NCBI RefSeq assembly: GCF_036321535.1
Contig: NC_087446.1
Coordinates: 248,001 to 312,000, forward strand
DNA: 64,000 nt
Direction: 5' to 3'
Source: Camelus dromedarius
Lineage: Eukaryota
The notes below the pieces were generated by a model. The model was given only the letters and a program-made list of their open reading frames with translations, was not told where the DNA came from and did no database searches. Numbering within the stretch: position 1 is the stretch's first letter; every line of letters starts with the position of its first letter. The translations under genes and the position numbers were made by a program. Shown piece by piece: positions 1 through 11,500 of this stretch.

Positions 1-289
1 ATTAAGCATTTTTCATGAGCCTATTGGCTATCATACAAATTACTTTTAAAATAAAGAGTACTACCATTAATTTTACTTAAGAATTTAAATTGAATTGAAA
101 TGAAGAAATTCTTCACTTAAAATAAATATTTCTTCAAGATAAAAAATACACTAGCTCCTATAAGATTGTTCCAAAATTAAGGAAGTTTGTGGGAAAACAA
201 TAAGGAATCTAGTGTTATTTCTTCAGTTATATCTTTTTTATCTTTATTCAGGACCTAATAATACTAATCAGTAATGTTCATTCGGTACT

Positions 290-435
290 TAGTAATTGCT
301 AGATTACTATTCTATTCTAGTTAGGTGCTATTCTGAGCACTATGTGAATTAGTTTACTTAATCCTCACAAAAATTTTATGAGATTATAGGAACTCTTATT
401 ATCCCTATTTTAGAAATGAAGAGACTAAGACACAA
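290..435. mobile_element. MIR SINE remnant
   Basis: Typical MIR core (aatcctcaca..attatccctatttta..atgaagagactaag). Confidence 0.55.
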
Positions 436-879
436 CCGTCATTCATTATATTATTATTTGTATATTGTCAAGTACAAGTAATGTTTACATTCACAGCATT
501 TACAATATTTACATTCTATTCTGTAGTCATAATTCCTATGGTTGTTGAGATTCACGTTCTGTATTCAAATAATTCAAACATTTACCCTAGTAACTATAGC
601 TATAGACATTGTGTTTCTTGAATTCATAAATGCTTAAGAATATGTCTATGTTTATAACTGGGTGGTAACTTGGTTAGGTGTATAATTATTTTCTTTTTTT
701 TCATTTTTCAGTTTTATTAGGTAGAATTGTTACAATTTGCACATATAAATATATATCGCATGTAAATACATATACACAATATACTGCACATATTTTTTAA
801 AATTGACATATATGTACTGTTCATTGTTTCTAAGAACATTTAGAGCTTTAGCTTTTTAAACTTACATCGTTATCAAAGG

Positions 880-1440
880 AATAAAGCCAACCACAAAATA
901 ATAATTCAAAAAGATACATACACCCCGCTATTAACAACAACAGTTGTTATAATTACCAAGATATGGAAGCATCATCAGTGCACATCAATAGATGAATGGA
1001 TAAAGAAGATGCAGCATATATATGTAATGGAATGCAACTCACCCATAAGAAAGAAGGATATTTTGCCATTTGCAGCCGTTCATTCACTTTTTTTTCCCAC
1101 TTCAAAAACCAGAATTTTATAACTGGCATAAACATTTCCATTACATCAAAGACAATAATATACCTAGAAATAAACTTAACCAAGGAGGTTACCTATACTC
1201 AGGAAACTGTAAAACATTGATGAAGAAAATTGAAGATGATACAAAGAAATGGAAAGATATCTTGTGCTCTTGGATTGGAAGACTCAACACTATCAAAATG
1301 GCTGTATTACCCAAAGCAATCCACAGATCCAATGCAACCCCTGTCAAAACACTCATGACATTTTTCACAGAACTAGAACAAACAATTCCAAAATTTATAT
1401 GGAACCATAAAAGACCCCGAACTGCCAAAGCAGTCTTTTG
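880..1440 (+). mobile_element. LINE-1 ORF2/3' fragments
   Basis: Translation [39 protein letters not shown].. is typical L1 ORF2p. Confidence 0.85.
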
Positions 1441-1445
1441 TAGGT

Positions 1446-3655
1446 CTTTTTTTTTTTTCTCTCTCTCTCTTTCTTCTTTTTGTTCTCTTACAGTTTGATG
1501 ACTAGAGAAGTCCCTTTAACACTTGTTGTAAAGCTGATTTGGTGGTGCTGAATTCTTTTAGCTTTTGTTTATCTGTGAAGCTTTTGATTTCTCCATCAAA
1601 TCTGAAAGAGAGCCTTACTGAATAGAGTATTCTTGGTTGTAGGTTTTTCCCTTTCATCACTTTAAATAAATCGTGCCACTCCCTTCTGGCCTGTAGAGTT
1701 TCTGCTGAAAAATCAGCTGATAACCTTATGGGAGTTCCCTTGTATGTTATTTGTTGCTTTTCTCTTGCCAATTTTAATATTTTTTCCTTACCCTTAATTT
1801 TTGTCCATTTGATTATTGTTTGCCTGAGTGTGTTCCTCTTTGAGTTGATCCTGTGTGGAACTCTGCGCTTCCTGGACTTGGGTGACTGTTTATTTTCCCA
1901 AGTTGGTGAAGTTTTCGGTTATTATCTCTCTGAAAATTTTCTCAGGTCTTTTCTCTCTTTCATCTCTTTCTGGGACCCCTGTAATGCAAATATTAGTACA
2001 CTTCATGTTGTTCCAGAGTTCTTGTAACTATCCTCATTTCTTTTCATTCTTTTTTCTTTTTTCTATTCTGTACTAGTGATTTTCACTAGTCTGTGTTCTA
2101 GTTCACTGATCCGTTCTTCTGCCTCATTTAATCTATTCTTGGTTCCTTCTAGTGTATTATTCATTTAAATGATTTTATTCTTCAATTCTGTTTGGGTATT
2201 CTTTTTTTGTTTTGTTTTTAATTGAAGTACAGTCAATCACAATGTATCAATTTCTGGTGTACAGCACAATGTCCCAGTCTTGCATATACATACATATATT
2301 TGTTTTCATATTTTTTTCCATTAAAGGTTCTTATAAGACATTAAGCATAGTTCCCTGTGCTATACAAAAAAAGTTTTTTAAATCTATTTTTATATATAGT
2401 GACTAACATTTGTAAAGCTCAACTAAGTTTAGGTATTCTTTATATTTTCCAGCTCTTTGCTAAAAACTTCACTCTCTGCATCTATACTCCTCTTGAACTC
2501 TCTGAAAATCTTTGCCATCATTTATCTTTCTCAGATAAATTGCTTATCTCCTCATCACGTATTTCTTCTTCTGGGATTTTTTTTTAACATTTTTTATTGA
2601 TTTATAATCATTTTACACCACTTCTGGGATTTTATCTCGCGCCTTGGCCTGGAAGATATTCCTCTGCTGCCTCATATTGTTTATCTTTCTATTTGTATTT
2701 TTAGGTAGGTTAGTTACATTTCTTGACCTTGGAGAGGTGGCCCTCTGTGGGAGAGGTCCTATGCGTCCCAGCAGTACACTCCTCTCCTATCACCCAAGGG
2801 CCAGGGTCCAGCTGGTCCTAATGTAGAGTCTGGCCTGTGTTTGTGGATTCTTTCCACAGGCTTTGGGATTGCTGTTTTCTTGTTTCTGGCATCTGCCCCT
2901 GGTGGGTGAGGCTGGACTAGAGGCTTATGCAGGTTTCCTGGCAGGAGAAGCCGGGGCCTGCACACTGCTGGATGGAGCTTGGTCCTGGACCTCTGGTGAG
3001 AAGGGCCGTGTCTAGAGGCCTCTGTGGCTCAGGAAGTCTGCTGATGGGTGGGGCTCTGCAGGAAAGCTCATGTACATGAACACTCCTGGAATGTCTGCCA
3101 CCAGCTTTTATGTCCCCTGGGTGCGCTGTAGCCATCCCCCGCGTCCCCAGGAAACCCCCCAAAATAGGCAGGCAGACCTGGCCCAGGTTCCTATGAAATC
3201 ACTGCCTCTGCCCTTGGACTTGGAGCACATGAGTTTCCATGTATGCTTCCCAAGCAAGTGAAGTCTCTGTTTCCCCCAGTCCTGTTGGGCTCCCGGAGCC
3301 AAACCCCACTGGCCTTCAAAACCAGATGTCCTGGGGTTTCCTTCTCCCAATGCCAGAACCCCGGACTGGGGAGCCTGACGTGGGGCTCAGAACTCTCCTA
3401 TGGGAGGGTCTCTGCGACTTAACTATTCTTCAGCTTGTGGGTCGCCCACCCAAGGGGTATGGGGCCCAATTTTATCTCAAGCATACCCCTCCTACCGTCC
3501 TGCTATGGTTCCCTCTTTATGCTTCCAGTTGCAGAAGATCTTTTTCGCTAGGTTCCAGTCTTTTTTTCAATGGTTGTTTAGCAGTCAGTTGTGGTTTAAT
3601 TGTAGTCATGAGGCGAGGTGAGCTCATGGTCCTACCCCTCCGCCATCTTGACCGG
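1446..3655 (-). mobile_element. LINE-1 5'UTR + ORF1 (3' part missing), interrupted by younger L1 tails
   Basis: ORF1p C-terminus at 1502-1771 (QITYKGTPIRLSADFSAETLQARREW), GC-rich 5'UTR ~2700-3655, YY1 motif CAAGATGGCG at 3641-3650 on -. Confidence 0.85.
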
Positions 3656-5789
3656 AAAATCTGTTTCGATCCCAATCTTAAAAGGAGTATAGCCACGGTT
3701 TCTCCATTAAGTATAATGTTTGCTATTAGTTTTTGGTATATCACCTTTACTAAGTTAAAATGTCTCCTTCTATTCCTAATTTGTGAGAGTTTTGATTTTC
3801 TAAAGTCAAAAATAGGTATGGGCATTATTAACTGCCTTTTTTTTTTTTTTTTTTTGCATTAACTGAGATATTCCTATGATTTCCCCCCTTTTATTGTGGT
3901 TAATTATTACTGATTTTCTGACACTCAGCTATCCTTGAATTTCTTTACAAACTCTACTTGATCATAACATTATTTTAACACATTGTTAGACTTGATTAGA
4001 TAATATCATATTTAGGATTTTACATCTATATTCATGTTAGGCAGACCTATAATTTTTTCATATACTCTTTGTCTGATTTCAAAATAAACCAGCTCAGGGA
4101 AAGTTATGTTTTTATTTTTGCTTATCTCTGTTCTCAAATCTTCTACAGTGTAAATAGAATGCTTCTATAAAATCCTTTTCTTAAAAAGTTACACCAGTCC
4201 ATACAGCGAGCTTATCAGTCTTCTCTCTTTCTCTAGTTTCTGAAATCACTTATATTAGATAAGAATTAACTGTTCTTTCAATGTCTGGCAGAACTCCTCT
4301 GTGAAAGGACCTGGGACCCGAGACTTGAGAAGATAGAACGTCACCATTTGCGTTTTACAACGTTGATTATTCTGTTTTGCAAGTGATGTGAGTTTGTCTG
4401 TGGGCTGGAAACTCCAGGCTGGCTTATCTTCATCTCTTTATCCCTGGTCAGCTGGCCTTCTTTTCATTCCTTTTTCTCTGCTTCCCCCTTTTAGGCTCAA
4501 AATAAATCCACTTTATTGCATCCCATAGTCCTCCCCTCTCCCATACAGATTTTTGGAACACTTTATCTTCATTCTTTACTGAACCCGGCATTTAGGTGCA
4601 CATCTTGACCATTTTTTAAAATTTCTTTCTGTGTGCAGACCTGGCCCTACCCAGCAGGTAAAGCCACAAAGTGTGTGGGGTGAGTCCTAATTAGCATCTC
4701 AGAATATCTGCTGTTCAGGTCCCTCTGGAGATTATGCCCTTGGCTTTGCTACTGTGCAGGCCTTCCCTAAAGCCCTTTGAGAAGTCTTGCCCTCGCCACC
4801 TGCTCTAAAATAAGGCTTCTCCTACCACATTTCTCTGTCACAACATACACTGCTTATTTCCTTCACAGCACTGTTCACAACCTGCAGTCGTCTTGTGTGT
4901 TTATGATCTGTCGCCTCCCACTGCAGCTGGCAGAGACACTTCATGAGGGCAGGATGTGTCCATCCTGTAGCAGACAGATGGCAGGGCTGTCTTAGCAACT
5001 GCCAACACAGAGCAGGTGCTCAGTAAACACTAGATGAACGAAAACCTCAGGAGGCATGTATTTCTGTAGAGTTTTCTAAATGTGCATCCGTCCTATTCTG
5101 TGTGTATTCTGGTTTTCTCCCTTGGATCAGGTCATGGGAGAGCTGTGCCTTGGTGCCGTGTTTCGGTGCTCGTTGAACCGCCTTCTCTGAGCTGTGCTCT
5201 GCTGCTATGCCACCAGGTTCTTTCACCAGTGGTTACACTATAGACATAGAAGAGTCTCCTTGTATTTAGAGCAGGGATTTGTCAAGGGCATTTTCAGCTA
5301 TATTGCATACCTCCCATAGGCTATGCCTATAGGAAAATTCTTGGGTCTTAAACAACGGAACAATGGATTTGTTTTTATTTTATGGTCACTGAGTCGTATA
5401 ACTAAGCATGTTTCCTTCTCTGCTTTGGCCTCAGGAAACTCAGGGCTAGAATTCCAGCTGCTGTGTAGGACGGACTATATGACATTCATTTCTGTGAGCT
5501 GTTTGTTTTTTTTTTTAAACCCACCCTAATTCCTTGCCCTGAATACCTCATTTATTTTTTAGTAAGAGTTTCTTATTTCTGAGCACCTAATATGTGCATG
5601 GCCGTTTACATATATCATCCGCTCAATCTTCACAGAAAGCCATGGAATCAGGACATTGTCTGTCCTTTACGTATGAGGAGACTGAGGTTAGTAAGTTTAG
5701 CCACTTATTCCAGGTTACACTCCCAGCAGGTGGGGAGCTGGGAAGCACAGTGCTCTCACTTCCGGGTCCGGGCTCCACCTGCTATCCAG

Positions 5790-5960
5790 GTGGTCTGCAG
5801 GCTTCCTGCACCAGAATTATCTGGGTTACTTATTAAGATGCAGGTTCCTGGGCAGCATTCCCAACCTGCTACACAAGAACCTCTTTGAGTTCTGGGAGGG
5901 GCCAGCAGTCTGCATTTTAACGAGTGTTCCAGATGACGCTCATGCTTCTAAAAACTGGAG
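5790..5960. mobile_element. MER5-like hAT DNA transposon remnant
   Basis: agaattatctggg..aagatgcaggttcctggg..tctgcattttaac signature. Confidence 0.5.
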
Positions 5961-7030
5961 AACTCTTGTGCTGGCTGTATAGTCATGTGCCCTCTATCTG
6001 TTGGGGTGTATGGCACAGGTCTTTTCCGACAATTTTCTCTAACCAAACAGATGCCACTTTCTGTAAATCTTCAAGTCTGCCATGCTGCTGACCTCGGTTG
6101 TCTGCAGACATACATGTACATTTATTAGTGATCGTTTTGTCTCTTTTTTGCTTAGTTTCCTTAAGGACATAGTTTCCCAGAGTAGCCAGCCAGGCGTAAG
6201 CAGTTCAAGCAGATATACTTACTGCCCGGAGAGACGACCCTGTTCTTCATGGTTCTAAAGGGGGAACCATGCCAGTGGCGCGGGAGCCGCGGAGAGAAGG
6301 TGTGGAGGTGGGGCTTCTGCACACAACCACTGGATTTGTACAGGAAGCACATGTCCCCCTGTAGGCCCAGGGAGCATTGCCCTCAAGTTCTTCTCAAAGG
6401 GAATGAGTGAGAAAGTGGGTCACAGTGTAGCGGTGGGCACCAAAGGACGCCTAACATGGAACACAGCAAACTTCCTCAGGAAGAGTCCCTGGACTGGCCT
6501 TAATGAAAGCACAGAGGTGCCCAGGTGGAGGTGGGCAGGCATCCCAGGCCAATCGGCATGAGATAACCCGAGGCTCAGGGCCTTGCAGGAGTGGGAGTGG
6601 TCAGCCCTACCTGTGTACGGGGGGGGGGGGGGGGTGTTATGACTTCTTGGGGGATCATCCTGTAACCACTAATTGTGAGCTGCAGATAGGTATGTTTGCT
6701 CTAATTTTTCCTCACACTTACTGTCAGTCTGGGCTTCAGCCTTGTAGTGTTGTGGGTTGGTGAAGTAGAGACTTGTGTGAGATTAAGGAGGTTTCATTAA
6801 TGCTCTGTGTAGAGAGGAGTTTTAATAGAGTTTGTTTTTATTTTTGGTTTTTTTTTTTTTGAGGCCTGTATAACGCATGGCCTACCAGCTTTCTCTCCTT
6901 AGAGTAATTGGGCGATTCAGGGGTTCTGGACCCCAGGACCCTGGACACGACTGGAGGCACCCAGCCCTCCATGGGGGCCCAGGGCTGCAGCCGCCCCGCG
7001 GCCTGACCAGGGCCTCTCTGATTGTTGCAG

Positions 7031-7188
7031 TGCAGGCCACGTGGATGGCCTACGACATGGTGGTGATGCGCACCAACCCCACGCTGGCGGAGTCCATGCG
7101 GCGGCTGGAGGACGCCTTCCTCAACTGCAAGGAGGAGATGGAGAAGAACTGGCAGGAGCTGCTCAGTGAGACCAAGCGCAAGCAGTAG
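7031..7188 (+). CDS. SYCE3: Synaptonemal complex central element protein 3, last coding exon (earlier exons lie upstream of the window)
   Basis: Acceptor ttgcag ends at 7030. The exon encodes (V)QATWMAYDMVVMRTNPTLAESMRRLEDAFLNCKEEMEKNWQELLSETKRKQ*, matching the SYCE3 C-terminal half; TAG at 7186-7188. Synteny next to KLHDC7B. Confidence 0.95.
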
Positions 7189-7420
7189 CCCCCACTCGCC
7201 ACCCAGCCGCACCACAGCGCACAGAAGCTTCACAGAGGGAGGGCGACCCCAGTGCACGGCCTTTGGCGCAGAACTTACTTCTCAGTAAACCTATTTTCAA
7301 GCACAGCCCGAGGACCCTTTCTGTCCCACCAGCTGCACATCAGTCCTTGTGAACAACACATGAGAAGTGCAAGATGCTCTTGAGGAATTAAATGTACTTA
7401 GTGCCAGTGGTGCCGAACAG

Positions 7421-7426
7421 AATAAA
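7421..7426 (+). terminator. Candidate SYCE3 polyadenylation signal (AATAAA)
   Basis: First AATAAA after the SYCE3 stop. Variants AGTAAA (7284-7289) and ATTAAA (7387-7392) lie upstream, so the site actually used is uncertain. Confidence 0.5.
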
Positions 7427-7494
7427 GGGCAAAAAAGAAGCCAGCTGGGGACAAACCAGGTCAGAGGGTGGGACAGGCAGCGGTTTCAGTCGGA

Positions 7495-7500
7495 TTTATT
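7495..7500 (-). terminator. Candidate KLHDC7B polyadenylation signal
   Basis: tttatt on + (AATAAA on -), ~1.1 kb downstream of the KLHDC7B stop. Confidence 0.6.
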
Positions 7501-8584
7501 TACCTTCCTACAGGGAGTTCCAAAGCGGGTGAGAGGGAACATTATGTATTCAGTTCTGTGTCCTGGGCGCGCTGCTGGGTGCTCAGTATGTCCCTGTGTT
7601 TTCACAACTCTCCTGAGAGGCAGGTGTCCACCAGCCCCGATTCACAGACAAGAGAAGGGATGTTAGATGTCTCATCCAAGTCCACTCAGCTAAGAAGGGA
7701 CAGAGTGAGGGCAAAACCCAGGCCTCACCTAGGAAAAGGACTGGTGGGAAGTGGAGCAGGCTTCTGGAGGGGCTAAGCAGGTGGCAGAGACCCCACAAGG
7801 CTGCGTAGGGGCATGAGCTGAGTAGTCCTGGCCAGTCTGGGCTGGGCTCTGGGCAGCAGGATGCTTTCACAGACAAGGGTTCGAGGCCCTTGAGGTCAGA
7901 CAAAGGAGGGCTTTGCTTCCAGGGGAGAGCAAAGCAGGGTCCCAGAGGCCTCGGGACAGGCAGGCAGTCCCAGAGGCAAGGATGTTTTCCTGGGGACTTC
8001 TTTGCTCCTTGTTCCCCCTTCCCACCCCGTGAGGGCTCCTTGCCTGGCCTGTAGCCCCAGGGACAGAACACGAATGTGTTCCCAGTCATCTCCTTCCCTC
8101 GGCTCAGGGGTCCCCAAGCTCCTTGGTGAGCCAAGTTCTGGCCCCCGGGGACACATCAGGCTCTCGGAGCCCAAGGAGTCCCACGTGCAGATTATTTCCA
8201 GGCAGTGGGATGGTACTGTGAGAGAAGAGCTCTGCCTGGAGGAGTGTGTGAGCCAGCTGAGGTGCTGTGTAACCAGGGAGGGAAGGAAGTCACAAAGGCA
8301 GGAAACAGCCTGGGTTTGGTGGGAGGTGAGGAACCAGTGTAGGGAACCAAGGACCAGCTCCCAGGTGCAGGGAGCCTGGGCTTAGACACGGAGAGGGCTC
8401 AAGAGAGGGGAGGGGAAAGGCGTCAGGAGGCTGATTAGAACAGAAAACGAAAGTTGTCCCAGAAACAACAGCAGAAAGTTCTGGATCCCAGCCTCCTCCC
8501 TGGGCCCCACCTGCCCTGAGATCCCCCGAGGCCCCAGTGTCTCCCTGGAGAGCAGCACTGAAGTCAGGTTCCTCCCGCAAACAC

Positions 8585-11500
8585 TCAGAGCTCTGTCTGC
8601 AGCGGGTCTGCCGGGGGCAGAGTCAGGATGAATGGGCAGAGGACCCCTTTGGTCCTCAGGGGAAAAGGCTGTAGCTCCTTGGCCTGGAACTGGGCAGTCC
8701 CCTCAAAGACTGTGAAGGTGGCCGTGACCTGGTGGTTGAGGCAGTAGATGGTGTTGCCCAGCACAGCGCAGCGAAGCGGGGCCGGGTCGGGCAGGGGCAG
8801 AGAGGCAGCCCGGCTCCAGGAGCCCGTCACCGTGTTATAACGCATCACCGCAGCGCCCACACCCCGCAGCAGGTCGAAGCGGTACAGGAAGCCCCCCAGG
8901 GCCACCATGTCACTGGACCGCCGGTGGCTGGCACTGTAGGGGCACTCGTCCCACACGTCCTTCGCGGGGCTGTATCTGAGCAAGCGGTAGAAGAGATGGC
9001 CCCCAGTGACATAGATGTCCCCACGGCAGGCCACAGCCTCATGAACCACCGGGAAGGTGCCTGCGGGGAGGGGCGCGCGGGAAGTCCAGGCGTCTGTGCG
9101 CGGGTCGTAGCGCTCCATGCTGTACAGGCACTCGCCCCCAATGGCGTAGAGCAGCCCGTCCAGTGCCACCAGTTTGAGCTGGGCACGGGCCTGCTGCATG
9201 GGCCGCACCTGGCTCCAGATGTTGGTCAGAGGGTTGTAGCAGAAGACCTCGTTGGAGCAGACGGCCTTGGCGCCTGATCCACGGATGCCCCCCGCCAAGA
9301 ACAGGTAGTTGTGCAGGGTGCAGAGACCGCAGCCCCGAAGCGGGACCTCTGGGGGAACCTGGGTCAGGGGCCGCCAGGTGTTCTCTCTGGGGTGGAACAC
9401 GTGCAGGTATGTGTGGAGAGGCGGGGGCACAGGCCCCACCGCAGGAGCCTCGGCAGCACAAGGGTGCCTTGTGAGTCCCGAGCGGCTCACCTGGTAGAGG
9501 CTGGGCAGCACGAGGGCCCCCAGCACAGCCTGGCCCCGGCCAGTGCGAAGGCTCAGGATGCGCTCCCGGTCAGCCCCACTCAGCTGCCGGTAGAGGCTCG
9601 GGTCTCCCAGCACGTGCAGCAGATTGTCACTCATCAAGGCGTAGGTCTCCTGGGCCAGGCCGGGCGCCCCATGCTGCTGGGCGAAGGCCAACACATCCAG
9701 GCAGCTGCCCAGGTCCCGCCACCGTGGCAGAGCCACTGCCGCGGTGGAAGCTGGGTCCCCTGCGGAGGACCTGGGCTTCTGGGGCCCCTCCACCACCCCC
9801 CAGCCCCCAGGCCTCTGCAGAAACACCATGAGTTTTTGGGCCTCCTTCTGCTTCTCCATGAGGACCTCTCTGCTGCCTGCTGGGCTGGGCCTCTCCCCTG
9901 GTGCTTGTGCTTGGTGTTGCCCTGAGGCCACCTGGCTGACCTCCTGCTCAGAGTTCTCGGATATTTCGCACATGCTGCGTTTCCACGGCCGGGGGACAGG
10001 CCTTGTAGCAGGGGATGGTACAGGCCCAGCCTGGGTCTGTGCAGGTGGCCATGAGGGGGCCCTGGGCATTGTGGCTCTGGGCAGCAGCAAGTCTGGACAG
10101 TCCTCCTCAGCTCTATCCCCTCTTGGGCCTGAGGGAGGGACTGTGGTGGGAGACTCCTTGGTCTCCGCACTGCTCTGCTGTGGTTGACCTCCAACCTCAG
10201 CCAGGCCCCCTGTGCCTGGCCCTGTGACCAGTCCGGCTGAGCCTGGCCTGTCCTCACAGCTGTGGACAGCCTCTTCAAGGGGAGAATCAGACTCTTTGTT
10301 CTCAGAGGATGTGGAAGTGCTAGGATCTCTAGGTCTCTCCAGAGCTGCCCTTGGGGCTCTCCTTTGGGGCCTCTCTTGCCTGGGGAAGGGGTGACTCCTA
10401 AGAACCATTGAAATAAGGTTTCCCCAGCTAGTTGAGAACTGCCCCTCCTGGTTGCCCTTGCAGAGAACACTGGGTTCCCGAGATGCTAGCCTTGACCCAC
10501 CAGCAGGTGCAGGGGCTGTGGCTGGGGCTGGAGCTGGGGCTGGGGCAGGGGCTGCAGCTGGGGCTGGTGCGGGGGCAGGGGCTGCAGCTGGGGCTGCAGC
10601 TGGGGCTGGGGGAGAGGCTGCACCTGTGGGAGGGGCTGGGGCTGGAGTGGGCGCTGCAGTTGGGGGAGGGGCTGGCACTGCTCTGAGATTTTCATCCTCT
10701 GCAGGACTCTGGTTAACTCTGAGGGGCAAAGAGTCTGAAGGAGACAAGGTCAGAAGAGTTGGGGATACAGCTAAGAGACCTTGGTGGGGATGTGCTGTGG
10801 ATGGGGAAGCTGAGGGTGGGAGGGGTTTAGAGATGCATGGAGGGGGCAAGACTGAGGGGCCCCGCAAAGGGGTGCAGCTGCGGATGTCTGGAGCTAGCTT
10901 AGCTCTGTCGGAACCACCAGCCACCTGACCTTGCAGGGATCCTCTCCCTTCGATGCTGTGGCCTCCTCGCTTGTTTGTCCCTCCAGGCCCTGAACTGAAG
11001 ACAGCGTCGTCTCCAGCGCCATTAGCCCCAGCTTCTCCCACGTTGCAGGCCTCTGTGGTCCCCTGCCCTTGGGACAAGAGTGGGCGTCCCCACTGTGGCC
11101 CCTCTGGTGATGGGCCAATGGAGCCTGGGGCCTGGCTGAAGCTCCTCATGACCACCTCCCTCCGTGCCCAGGGCCAGCATTCCATGGAGGCTGGGGACCC
11201 CTGAGACTCCCTGGGGGCCAGGGTCCCAGCCTCCCTGCTCTCACCAGCTTTGGCTTCTGAGTCCAGAACTAGGACTGGGGCTGGCTGAGGTCTGCTCTTC
11301 CCACGCCCCCTCTCTAAGACATCCTTCAGGGGCCCAGTCTGTGCAGTGTGTGATGGGGGCAGCTCCCGGAGGAAAGGGAGCCCCTGGGAGCCTGCAGGGA
11401 GGCTACCGGCTGCATCCACAGCATCCCACACGCTCACCACAGTGCCCAGGCAGGCTCTGCCTCCTGAGCTGTGGCCCACCTGCCACCGCCAGCTGCCCGG

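Noticed and set aside
6877-7030. 5' extension of the 103-aa ORF containing SYCE3
   Set aside because: Intronic read-through; a clear acceptor sits at 7029-7030 and homology starts at VQATW.
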